64,000 nt of DNA, taken from IMG/VR virus record IMGVR_UViG_3300029404_000062; one strand, 5' to 3'. Position numbers and translations under genes: made by a program. The stretch's first letter is position 1. Each line of letters opens with the position of its first letter. Positions 53,933 through 62,564 of this stretch are shown here, piece by piece. Source of the stretch: a virus. The notes beneath the pieces are model-generated. The model did not search any database, was not told where the DNA came from, and saw only the letters and a list, made by a program, of their open reading frames with translations.

Positions 53933-54868
53933 TTATTTGTTCCGCCAGGATGCGTTGCCCTCCATGTTCCGCAGAAGGATCTCCCTTGCCGTTGCAAATT
54001 CATCCCCGATGAATCCCAGCCTCAGCATCCAGCACCGCATCGCGTACTTTTCGTTGTCGGTCTGCTGGGGCTTCGGGCTTGCCGTCCTGACCATCTTGGC
54101 AAGCTGGCTCATTGCGAGGCAAAGCTGGATGTAGGCTTTCATCTCACCGGCATGCAGTCCGTTGCGCTTTCCGTCCGCTGGGTCTGCAAATTGGAAAAGG
54201 CGGAATTCAATGGTTCCTTTTGTAAAGGTGGCATGAAGGTTCAGCATATGGTATCGGCTTGAATTGTAATGCTGGCTTCTGCCGTAGTCTGCACCGTTAC
54301 CTTCGTACCAGATGTCTTCCAGCCTGTGCATGGTGGTCGGCTTCTCGCGGTTCAGCCGGTCGAGGAAGCGGTGGTTGACCACCTGGCAATAATGTCCGGT
54401 GCGCCCCGCGTCGATCCGGATGGCTCTGCCGATCTGCTGTTCGTGCGCCGCCATGATGTTCACAAGGTTGCGGATGGTCTTTGCGGTGTGGTCGCCTTTG
54501 CCAATGTGAATGTGGACTCCGCATCCGCGGCTTGGGCTGCTCTTTGCGCCTGCCTTGCGGAGCAGTCGGATAATTTCCTGCAGGGGTTCGATGTCGTCGT
54601 AGGTGAGGATCGGGGTGACCAGTTCGCATTTTTCTGCGTCCGGTCCGTAGATGCTCACATCCCTCTGGAATTTCCAAACCCTGCCCTGTCCGTCCTTGCA
54701 AGCCCAGCTGTAATATCCGTACTCGCTGGCCGCGTTCCATGCTCTGGTTCCGAAGTACTCGGCGACCTTTCTTGCCGCTTTTTCTCTGGTGATGTTGTTC
54801 ATCTCGATCTCAACTCCGATGGTCTGGTTCTTCATGGCTTCAATCTGCTCTCTTGTTTTATCGTTCAT
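53933..54868 (-). CDS. Amidoligase (glutamine-synthetase/GCS-like carboxylate-amine ligase, Amidoligase_2 family).
   Basis: Metal-binding GVEIEM (ExE), CGVHIHIG (HxH), and TIEFRLFQ (E-x-R) motifs in the order expected for the GS-like amidoligase fold. Start MNDKTREQ behind cassette copy 7. Confidence 0.6.
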   Translation of the reverse strand: MNDKTREQIEAMKNQTIGVEIEMNNITREKAARKVAEYFGTRAWNAASEYGYYSWACKDGQGRVWKFQRDVSIYGPDAEKCELVTPILTYDDIEPLQEIIRLLRKAGAKSSPSRGCGVHIHIGKGDHTAKTIRNLVNIMAAHEQQIGRAIRIDAGRTGHYCQVVNHRFLDRLNREKPTTMHRLEDIWYEGNGADYGRSQHYNSSRYHMLNLHATFTKGTIEFRLFQFADPADGKRNGLHAGEMKAYIQLCLAMSQLAKMVRTASPKPQQTDNEKYAMRCWMLRLGFIGDEFATAREILLRNMEGNASWRNK

Positions 54869-54897
54869 GGTATGTTCTCCTTTGTTTTTTCCTTGTT

Positions 54898-54996
54898 TTC
54901 CCTTTCGGTATGTGCATATTACCGTCAGGTGCGGATAATAGCAAGGATATAAAAGAACATATATTCGACAAATATCGAGAGGAATGATCGTGTACA
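54898..54996 (-). repeat. Promoter/leader cassette copy 7.
   Basis: CCCTTTCGGTATGTGCATATTACCGTCAGGTGCGGATAATAGCAAGGATAT...GATCGTGTACAT. Confidence 0.5.
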
Positions 54997-55100
54997 TTTC
55001 TGCAGTTTATCCGCTTGATAATGTACATTTTCAGAGTTAATATCGTTACAATGAAAGAGGGTCTCGCATATTTTCCGTCCCCCATTGGGAGCTTGGGAGC

Positions 55101-56285
55101 TTACGCTCCCGCCTCCAGCATCTGCGCCGTGTCTGCCCCACAGTCGGGCTGTGTCGGCTCGGCATCTGCTGATGCGATCGTTTCCCCTGCGGAGGCACTG
55201 CCCTCCTGTGCCGCCTGTTTCGCGGCTTTCAGGGCATCCCGTTTTGCCTTTTCCCTTGCGAGGAACTTCTGTGCTTCCTCATCCGTGCGGAAAGCCGCAT
55301 GGCCGGAAAGATTCTCCATGAGGATCTTGCGTGTTTCTTTGAAGTCCGGACCGTTCATCCCCAGCCGCAGGAGCCATGTGCGGAGTGCGTATTTCTCATT
55401 CTCATCGTTGACATCCTTTGCCTGGATGCGCTTCTGGCTGATCGCCTGCTGGTTCATCAGCACCGCCAGCTGTGCAAAAGCCGTCAGGTGTTCGTGGTCC
55501 GGTGCGGTCGGGAAGCCGGTAAAGGTGACCTTCTCGGTGGTGATTTTCAGGCCTTCCAGTGCAGCACCATGTTCAGTCTCATAGTCGCTTACCGCGTTGA
55601 TGAAGTTCATGATGGCAAAGGTGCAGCTATCGTCTTTCAGCTTCTCCACCAGTCCCTCTTCCACATGGAAGTTTCCGCCAGTCGCCTTGCCGATGAGCTT
55701 GCCGCGGCTGTAAAGAAGGTTGACCAGGTTGCGGAGAGTCACACCGTTGTGCTGGCTGACCGGGAATGCAAGTTCCAAGTCCAGCGGCACCTCTTCCGGC
55801 TGATCTTCTGTCTCCTGCGATTCTGCATCCGGCTCATCCTCTATGGTATCATCCTCAGCCGTATTGTCCGGCTCCAATGCATCCTCGGCTCCTGCTTCCG
55901 CAGGTTCATCTTCTGCGGTATCTGCATCTTCGGATTCCTGCTCGTCCAGAACCTCCAGCTCTGCTTCGGGCATCTGCTCAGTTTCCGCTTCGGTCACAGG
56001 CTCCTCATCCATATCCGCTGTCAGCTCTGTGTCCTCCGGCTGGTCATCCGTGCTCTCAATACTCTCGCCGCCGCGGATCAGTCCCTCATTCAGCAGGGTC
56101 GTCAGCAGCTCGGCATCTGCATTCTCCGGCTCGACCAGAAGGTTGCCATTCCGGTCGATGGTGTAGCTCCCGATGTCGTAAGAATACAGAGGTGCTTTGG
56201 TATAGTAAGGGTGGATGCCGGTCAGCTCCTCCATGCGTTTTGCGAGGGTCTTTCTCTCGGCTACGTTCAGTTTAAATTTCAACAT
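55101..56285 (-). CDS. Degenerate amidoligase paralog: retains the C-terminal half but lacks the catalytic N-terminal motifs; carries a ~120-aa hyper-acidic insert.
   Basis: C-terminus EKYALRTWLLRLGMNGPDFKETRKILMENLSGHAAFRT aligns with the amidoligase's EKYAMRCWMLRLGFIGDEFATAREILLRNMEGNASWRN; TLRNLVNLL vs TIRNLVNIM. Region 70-190 is D/E-rich (TDDQPEDTELTADMDEEPVTEAETEQ...). Confidence 0.5.
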   Translation of the reverse strand: MLKFKLNVAERKTLAKRMEELTGIHPYYTKAPLYSYDIGSYTIDRNGNLLVEPENADAELLTTLLNEGLIRGGESIESTDDQPEDTELTADMDEEPVTEAETEQMPEAELEVLDEQESEDADTAEDEPAEAGAEDALEPDNTAEDDTIEDEPDAESQETEDQPEEVPLDLELAFPVSQHNGVTLRNLVNLLYSRGKLIGKATGGNFHVEEGLVEKLKDDSCTFAIMNFINAVSDYETEHGAALEGLKITTEKVTFTGFPTAPDHEHLTAFAQLAVLMNQQAISQKRIQAKDVNDENEKYALRTWLLRLGMNGPDFKETRKILMENLSGHAAFRTDEEAQKFLAREKAKRDALKAAKQAAQEGSASAGETIASADAEPTQPDCGADTAQMLEAGA

Positions 56286-56327
56286 AATTCATCGCTCCTT
56301 TTCGTTCATTTGTTTTTGTGCATCCCG

Positions 56328-56398
56328 ATGTTCTTTTCGGTAGCACATATATCACTCTAAAACGGATGAATAGCAAGGCCATTTCCCGATATTCTTCA
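56328..56398 (-). repeat. Promoter/leader cassette copy 8 (diverged).
   Basis: CTTTTCGGTAGCACATATATCACTCTAAAACGGATGAATAGCAAGGCC. Confidence 0.4.
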
Positions 56399-56508
56399 TG
56401 TTCGACCATTTACACAAGGGACCGCAAAATCTGTTGTGTAAATAGGACCAATATGTAAGCCCACCATATCACCAGGTCGCTTTCTACCTAGTAATATAGC
56501 GGGCCAGT

Positions 56509-58737
56509 TTATTCTTCCAGACCTGCACACCACGCGATGCCGGCCAGAACGAAGTAAACACAGGGCAGTGCCACGCCGTTGCCCCAGAGTTTGTACTCTG
56601 CCGCATCCGAATACGGGTCAGCCAGCCATTTGCGGATCTGTTTCTCTGTCTTTGGTTTCTTCGCCTGCGTCACGATCCTGCGGTGTGTTTCAAACACATC
56701 TGCCCAGAATGCCAGCTCTTCATCGGTCGGATTCTCCGCGCCGAGGTCACTGCACCACCAGTCCGGAAAGCCCTGCAACCGGGCGCATTCGATTGGTGTC
56801 AGTCGGCGGACTGTGTAGCTGACATCCTGCGGCACCGGTGCAATGGTGGTCGGGTCTTTGTAGTCCCGTGCCATCAAGGTCGGCGCAACCTCTTTCTCCA
56901 CCTGCATATAGGAGCCGGTAGTCATGGCATAGACGCTTTCCGGGACACAGACTGCATGGCGGTCAGTGGCATCCAGCGTGAAGCAGACATCCTCATTAAC
57001 CCCGTCCCCCTGCGGGCCGTTCTCGTCCTTGCGGCCGATCATGTTGCCCTGCAGCACAAAGGTCTGCATCTGGTCGCTCCGGGTCGCCATGAGTGCGCCG
57101 GACTTTCCATGCAGGTCGATCAGCTCATTGCGCTGATTTACGTGGAATGCGGTCACATCTTCCGGCTGTGCCACGAAGGTCTGCTGCTTCATCCCCGGCT
57201 CTGCTGCCAGTGCTGCTGACTTATCTCCCAGATCCCAGACTTCATCCCGCTGATTCTGGGTAAAAGCCACTGCCGGTGCGCCGCCGTGGGTACAGGACAA
57301 AGGCGGTGCCACCTGTTCGTCCACCGTGCAGTTCGACTTTCCGCCACCCTGATCCACGCAGACAACAGGTTCACAGATGCACAGCCCTCCCTGATTGCAG
57401 GTCGGGTCACCACCGCTGCGGTCGAGTGTCCGAGAGGTGCTGGCTTCATAGAAACCACTGTGCGGATTGTCACTCATCATGGAGTGGCTTGCCTTGGAGC
57501 AGACACCGTAGGCTTTCAGAACGAACAGCGTCTGGTCATTGTTGCAGCCCAGAGTTGCCGATTTTTCCTCTTGCCAGATCGCGCCCTTTCCGCCTCCATC
57601 ACATCCAGAGCGGATCTTCAGTGTGACCGCCGGGGAGTTTTCAACATCTTTCACCAGGCTTTCCACAGAGTTTTCAACTCCCATGACCAGCGGAACATTG
57701 CCGCCGCCTGTACCGCACCGGCTGGTCAGCGTCTGCACCTTGCCATCCTCGGAAATCTTCACCCGGCTGTCCGCAGGATGATTTTCCAGTGCAATGGCGG
57801 CCGGAACCACACCGGCCCGGAGTGTCGGTGAGCGTTCTTCCTCGTACCCGATGCTTCTGGCATTGGCGGAGTGTTCAGTGCAGAAGCCTGCCGCCTCCAT
57901 AACGCAGGGTGGATGCCCATGATCCTCTGCCCGGAGCGTCCCGGTCACTTCATGGGATACATCCATCTGTGCTCCACCCTGATCATTCAAGACGATTCTT
58001 CCGTTTCCACAGCCTGTCTCTCCAATGCTTCTTTCAGCACAGGCGGCAGCTCTTTGCCACGCACGGAAGCTCTCCGCAGAATACCGAGACACGCCTTCGG
58101 ACTCAAATAATATTTCTTTGGCACCCCGACCTGCAAAATCTGCGACAAGGAAGATTCGTTTTCTTCTTTGGGGTACGCCCCACCACTGTGCATCAAGGAC
58201 TCGATATGCGACGCTCCATCCGTCTCCCAGATAGTAGTCGGCATCGGGCCAGCCTTTTTTCGCAGGCGCAGGCACCTCGGCGGCCGGTTCTTTAACACCG
58301 ATGACGGCTTCGAGGACTGCTTTGAAGTCCTGCCCTTTGTTGGAGGAGAAAGCTCCCGGCACATTTTCCCACACGATGAATCGCGGTTGTTTTCCATTGG
58401 TTGCACACCTCATTTCCTTCACGATTCGGATTGCTTCATAAAACAGGCTGGACCGTGAACCATCCAGACCATCTCGTTTCCCGGCGATAGACATATCCTG
58501 GCATGGACTGCCAAAGGTGATGATGTCCACGGGCGGCAGGTCTGCGCCGCTGATGGCAGACACATTTCCGTAGTGTTTCATCTGGGGCAGCCGCTTCGTT
58601 GTTACCCGGATGGCGAACGGCTCCACCTCACTGCTCCAGACAGGCTCGATTCCAGCAAGCATTCCACCCAACGGAAAACCCCCGGAGCCATCGAAGAGGC
58701 TGCCGAGGGTCAAAGTCTTATTCTGTTCTTTGCTCAT
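56509..58737 (-). CDS. DNA (cytosine-5)-methyltransferase, 742 aa with a very long target-recognition region (multispecific phage-type).
   Basis: Motif I LFDGSGG, motif IV GSPCQDMS, motif VI ENV. ~450-aa insert between catalytic motifs and motif IX/X. Confidence 0.85.
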   Translation of the reverse strand: MSKEQNKTLTLGSLFDGSGGFPLGGMLAGIEPVWSSEVEPFAIRVTTKRLPQMKHYGNVSAISGADLPPVDIITFGSPCQDMSIAGKRDGLDGSRSSLFYEAIRIVKEMRCATNGKQPRFIVWENVPGAFSSNKGQDFKAVLEAVIGVKEPAAEVPAPAKKGWPDADYYLGDGWSVAYRVLDAQWWGVPQRRKRIFLVADFAGRGAKEILFESEGVSRYSAESFRAWQRAAACAERSIGETGCGNGRIVLNDQGGAQMDVSHEVTGTLRAEDHGHPPCVMEAAGFCTEHSANARSIGYEEERSPTLRAGVVPAAIALENHPADSRVKISEDGKVQTLTSRCGTGGGNVPLVMGVENSVESLVKDVENSPAVTLKIRSGCDGGGKGAIWQEEKSATLGCNNDQTLFVLKAYGVCSKASHSMMSDNPHSGFYEASTSRTLDRSGGDPTCNQGGLCICEPVVCVDQGGGKSNCTVDEQVAPPLSCTHGGAPAVAFTQNQRDEVWDLGDKSAALAAEPGMKQQTFVAQPEDVTAFHVNQRNELIDLHGKSGALMATRSDQMQTFVLQGNMIGRKDENGPQGDGVNEDVCFTLDATDRHAVCVPESVYAMTTGSYMQVEKEVAPTLMARDYKDPTTIAPVPQDVSYTVRRLTPIECARLQGFPDWWCSDLGAENPTDEELAFWADVFETHRRIVTQAKKPKTEKQIRKWLADPYSDAAEYKLWGNGVALPCVYFVLAGIAWCAGLEE

Positions 58738-59504
58738 ACAGCCTCCTCTCCGAGCATCTGCTCTGTGGCTTTCTGGTAGAAATCTCTGGACACTTCAAAT
58801 CCGTAGCTGTTGCGTCCCAGCTCTCTGGCAGCCCGAAGTGTCGAACCACTGCCGGCGCACGGGTCAATGACCACATTGCCCTCATCGGTAAAGGTTTCGA
58901 TCAGGCGTTTCAGCACGGACACCGGTTTCTGGGAAGGATGGATCTTCGGATATTCTTTGCCGTCCCGCTTCCAGTCAAACCAGTTGAAGATCATGTGGGG
59001 CTTGCCGTCTTCTCCGAGGTTACGGAACTTCGGCAGCTTGTTCCGGTACAGCACCAGAGCGTATTCCGTTGCACCCACGATCTTCATGTTGGCTTTCAGG
59101 ACTTGCGGACTGTAGTTCTTGCAGAACACCAGCGGGATATAATTCTTGAAGCCGTACTTCTCCGCTTCAGTGATCACCTTCGGGATCTGCTGGAAAGCAC
59201 AGAAAACGATCATGCACGGCGCATCTTTCTCGCCTTTTCCCGGCTCTTTCTTGAGCAGCCGGTTGCAGAAATGGAAATATTCTGCAATGTTGAAAGTGAA
59301 GTCGGTATTGAATGCCGCTTTCCGTGCCTTATCGCTCTCACCATTCTTGTTGTCCCCGTCCACATACCAGTCCGGTCTGCTGGCGTAGAAGTCCATTCCT
59401 ATGTTATACGGAATGTCGGCGATCACCAGCTGTGCCTTGGGGATGTTATAGGACTTGAAATTCTGGAAGTTGTCATGGATGAGGACACATTTCACATCAG
59501 CCAT
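58734..59504 (-). CDS. Amino-DNA methyltransferase (N6-adenine or N4-cytosine), beta-class motif order.
   Basis: Motif IV IADIPYNIG precedes the AdoMet motif VIDPCAGSGSTL. Confidence 0.75.
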   Translation of the reverse strand: MADVKCVLIHDNFQNFKSYNIPKAQLVIADIPYNIGMDFYASRPDWYVDGDNKNGESDKARKAAFNTDFTFNIAEYFHFCNRLLKKEPGKGEKDAPCMIVFCAFQQIPKVITEAEKYGFKNYIPLVFCKNYSPQVLKANMKIVGATEYALVLYRNKLPKFRNLGEDGKPHMIFNWFDWKRDGKEYPKIHPSQKPVSVLKRLIETFTDEGNVVIDPCAGSGSTLRAARELGRNSYGFEVSRDFYQKATEQMLGEEAV

Positions 59505-60765
59505 CGGCACCCACGCTTTCCGGCTCAAAGGTCGCCACCTCATCGAACTTCAGCCTCTGACCATCCCGGAGAACACACACATCCTCATAGCGGCCTTCAC
59601 TGTGTTCGATATACCGTTTCACGATGACATCCACGAATTTCGGGTCCAGCTCAATGCCCCGGCAGACACGGTCGGTCTCCTCACAGGCGATCAGGGTCGA
59701 GCCGCTACCGAGGAACGGGTCAAGGACGATGCCGTTGGTCATGGTAGAGTTGCGGATGGGATAGCTCATCAGACCGATGGGCTTCATGGTCGGATGGTCC
59801 TTGTTGGATTTCGGACGGTCATACTCCCAGATGGTCGTCTGCTTGCGGTCAGAATACCACTGGTGCTTGCCCTTCTGCTTCCAGCCATACAGACACGGTT
59901 CGTGCTGCCACTGGTAAGGACTGCGCCCCAGCACCAGTGCGTTCTTCTTCCAGATACAGCACCCGGACAGGTAGAACCCTGCATCCTTGAACGCCTTTTG
60001 GAAGTTCAATCCTTCGGTATCTGCATGGAAGATGTAGATGGAACCGTCATCCGCCAGATGGTCATGCATCTGTTTGAACGCCGCCAGCAGGAACTCGTAG
60101 AATTCCGAGTCGCCCATGTTGTCGTTCAGGATCTTGCCGGCCGTTTCTTCCACATCGACGTTGTACGGAGGGTCCGAAAGCACAAGGTTGGCTTTCACGC
60201 CGTCCATCAGGGTGCCGTAGCACTCTGCTTTCGTGGAGTCACCGCACAGGACTTTGTGCTTGCCCAGCATCCAGAGGTCACCCTCTTTGGAGAAGCACGG
60301 CTGCTTCAGTTCGGATTCCACATCAAAGTCATCTTCCTTGACTTCCTTGCTGTGTACCTTGTTGAACAGCGTCTCGATCTCAGGCGGGTCAAAGCCGGTC
60401 TTGCCCAGATCAAAGTTGGAATCCTCGATGTCTTTGAGCAGGTCGGCCAGCAGCGAATCATCCCACGCGCCTGTAATTTTGTTGAGGGCAATGTTCAGCG
60501 CCTTTTCTCTGGTCTTGTCGATGTCCACCACCGCACACGGAACTTCGGTGTAGCCCAGTTCCATCGCAACGGTCAGTCGCTGGTGACCGCCGATGATTGT
60601 CATGTCGGCATTGACCACCAGCGGGTCGGCAAAGCCAAACTCCGTGATGGAGTTCTTGATCTTCTCGTACTCTTTGTCTCCCGGCTTCAGCTTTTTCCGG
60701 GGATTGTATGCCGCTGGCTTGAGTACGGACACCGGCAGCATCTTCAGTTCAGCAGTTGTTTTCAT
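59497..60765 (-). CDS. ParB-like nuclease domain fused to an amino-DNA methyltransferase (DPPY).
   Basis: N-terminal ParB-like KMLPVSVLKPAAYNPRK... with GGHQR motif; methyltransferase motifs LSDPPYNV and LDPFLGSGST. Confidence 0.8.
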   Translation of the reverse strand: MKTTAELKMLPVSVLKPAAYNPRKKLKPGDKEYEKIKNSITEFGFADPLVVNADMTIIGGHQRLTVAMELGYTEVPCAVVDIDKTREKALNIALNKITGAWDDSLLADLLKDIEDSNFDLGKTGFDPPEIETLFNKVHSKEVKEDDFDVESELKQPCFSKEGDLWMLGKHKVLCGDSTKAECYGTLMDGVKANLVLSDPPYNVDVEETAGKILNDNMGDSEFYEFLLAAFKQMHDHLADDGSIYIFHADTEGLNFQKAFKDAGFYLSGCCIWKKNALVLGRSPYQWQHEPCLYGWKQKGKHQWYSDRKQTTIWEYDRPKSNKDHPTMKPIGLMSYPIRNSTMTNGIVLDPFLGSGSTLIACEETDRVCRGIELDPKFVDVIVKRYIEHSEGRYEDVCVLRDGQRLKFDEVATFEPESVGADG

Positions 60766-60786
60766 GTAAGCTCCTCCTTACTGGAT

Positions 60787-61020
60787 TTACACACGCATGA
60801 CCTGAGAGAACGGCACGAAAAAGGAGCCGAACAAAAAGCCCGACTCCAGTTTCTCGCTGTCTCCGCCATTCTCCGACTGCGGCCGTTCCGACATCTTGCA
60901 CCATTCTGGATCTTTTCCGTTGATGGATGCCAGAACTCTTTCTTCCGCTTCGTCAATCGTATGTACACAGATTTCTCCGGTGTTGAACATGGGGAACACA
61001 CCGATCACCTTTTCACTCAT
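60787..61020 (-). CDS. Hypothetical small protein (77 aa).
   Basis: ORF only. Confidence 0.3.
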   Translation of the reverse strand: MSEKVIGVFPMFNTGEICVHTIDEAEERVLASINGKDPEWCKMSERPQSENGGDSEKLESGFLFGSFFVPFSQVMRV

Positions 61021-61516
61021 CTTCCGTTGCCTCCTTCATCCCGTATCGATAATCCCAGTAACAGTTCAGACTGCAGAACTTCCGTTCCCTCCTCTGCTCA
61101 TCCACTGCCCGGAACTCCCGTCCACAGTTTTTACAGATGACCAGCCGGGAAGTTTTGCCTTTCTTACCATACCGGTTGAAATACTCTTTTTTGCACTCCC
61201 CGGAGCAGAACCGTCGTAAGCCACCTGCGCCTTTTTGCGCCGCGATCCGTCCGCAGACCGGGCATCTCCGATCCGGAGTGATCTTAGGCGGCATCAGGTG
61301 ACAGTTCCCACTCTCCGGCAACCCCAGTTCCCGGCAGTAATCCGTGACCTGTTCCAAAGAAAGCCCGGTGTCTTCTGCGATCTCCACACATTCAACCCCG
61401 GCAAGCCGCTGCCTTCTGACTTCTTCCCGCTCCGGGCGGTACTCATATCCCTCAAACACACAATCCAGCCGCACACCATTCTGTACGACATCACGCTCCA
61501 CGCTCAGCGGTTCCAT
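61013..61516 (-). CDS. Zinc-ribbon protein with HTH-like N-terminus and repeated CPxCG...R(R/K)FCSxxC motifs. Candidate phage regulator.
   Basis: Start MEPLSVERD with RBS GGAAGGAG. SLEQVTDYCRELGL HTH-like; RCPVCGR...RRFCSGECKKEYF and ICKNCGREF...RKFCSLNCYWDY. Confidence 0.4.
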   Translation of the reverse strand: MEPLSVERDVVQNGVRLDCVFEGYEYRPEREEVRRQRLAGVECVEIAEDTGLSLEQVTDYCRELGLPESGNCHLMPPKITPDRRCPVCGRIAAQKGAGGLRRFCSGECKKEYFNRYGKKGKTSRLVICKNCGREFRAVDEQRRERKFCSLNCYWDYRYGMKEATEDE

Positions 61517-61799
61517 CTGCTTCACTCCTTCCCTTGTTTGCACAGGCTCGGCTGCAATATTTCCGTTCCAGACCATACTGGTGCCGGTAGGAAAACTCCC
61601 TGCCGCACACCGGACAGATCTTTGACCGCACGGTCTTCCAGTTCTCTGGTTTCGGGTGGGTGTTGTTCCATCTGGACCGACATTCCGGCGAGCAGAACTT
61701 TCTTGGCCGGCCTTTATGGTTCGGTACGATTGCCGTACCGCACTGAGGACAGAAGGCAAACGCCATGTCCTTGATCATCTCAGCCGTGTAATCCTCCAT
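61491..61799 (-). CDS. Zinc-ribbon protein, paralogous motif architecture (CPQCG...RKFCSPEC; CPVCGREF...RKYCSRAC).
   Basis: 102 aa; same duplicated Cys motif as the downstream gene. Confidence 0.4.
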   Translation of the reverse strand: MEDYTAEMIKDMAFAFCPQCGTAIVPNHKGRPRKFCSPECRSRWNNTHPKPENWKTVRSKICPVCGREFSYRHQYGLERKYCSRACANKGRSEADGTAERGA

Positions 61800-62201
61800 C
61801 TGTCCTCACCGTCCTCTCATTTTTCGCCGTTTCTGCGGCATTTTCTATGGAAAATTTCAAAATACATACGAAAAGCGGCGAAGCAGGGATCGGCTCCGTT
61901 CCGCCAGGTTGAATTGTTGTTGCGGCGGCCGATCTGCGCACGCCTCCTGTTCCTCCCGGAACAAGCTAAAATGTGCAAAAGCTCCCTGTTTACGAGAGGT
62001 TTCACACACTTTGGTTCATTTCGGGGAAAAAGAATGGCACCGGAACCAAAGCTCCGATGCCTGTACATTTTCCTTGTTCATTTTGCGCCGTTAATCTGCT
62101 GACCCCCGGCCTATGAATTTTGCGGTTTTTCACGCAAAAGGGGCCACCGGTCTCCGTGAGACTTCACCACAGAGAAGTGACCCCGGCCCCCGGTGGGGTA
62201 A

Positions 62202-62561
62202 TCAGTAGGTGTATGTCGGATTGATGTCTTCCGTCAGGGTCTTCCGGTCGTGGCATTCTTTGCAGAGTGCCTGCCAGTTGTCCTCGTCCCAGAAAAGGCG
62301 CTGGTCGCCACGGTGCGGTTTAATGTGATCCACCACCGTAGCTCTGACATACCGGCCGTTCTTCATGCACTCCACACACAGCGGGTGCGCTTGCAAATAT
62401 GCCTTGCTGACTTTTTGCCAACGGCGTGTGTAACCACGCTTGGCAGCAGGTCTTGTTACTTCCGGGTGGAGAGGCAGGTGCTTCTCACAGTACAGCCTTC
62501 CGGGTTCCACCAGCTCCGGGCAGCCGGGGTGTCGGCACGGTACCTTTGGTTTGAACGGCAT
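62202..62561 (-). CDS. HNH endonuclease (phage-type).
   Basis: VDHIKPHRGDQRLFWDEDNWQALCKECHDRKT (HNH motif with His/Asn and Cys ligands); 119 aa. Confidence 0.8.
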   Translation of the reverse strand: MPFKPKVPCRHPGCPELVEPGRLYCEKHLPLHPEVTRPAAKRGYTRRWQKVSKAYLQAHPLCVECMKNGRYVRATVVDHIKPHRGDQRLFWDEDNWQALCKECHDRKTLTEDINPTYTY

Positions 62562-62564
62562 GGC

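Noticed and set aside
62100-62215. GC-rich structured element (GGGGCCACCGG…CCGGTGGGG) downstream of HNH, considered as a tRNA or riboswitch
   Set aside because: No tRNA cloverleaf or T-loop consensus. Best explained as a compound terminator (hairpin followed by TTTTGCG…CGCAAAA and a T-rich run on the minus strand).
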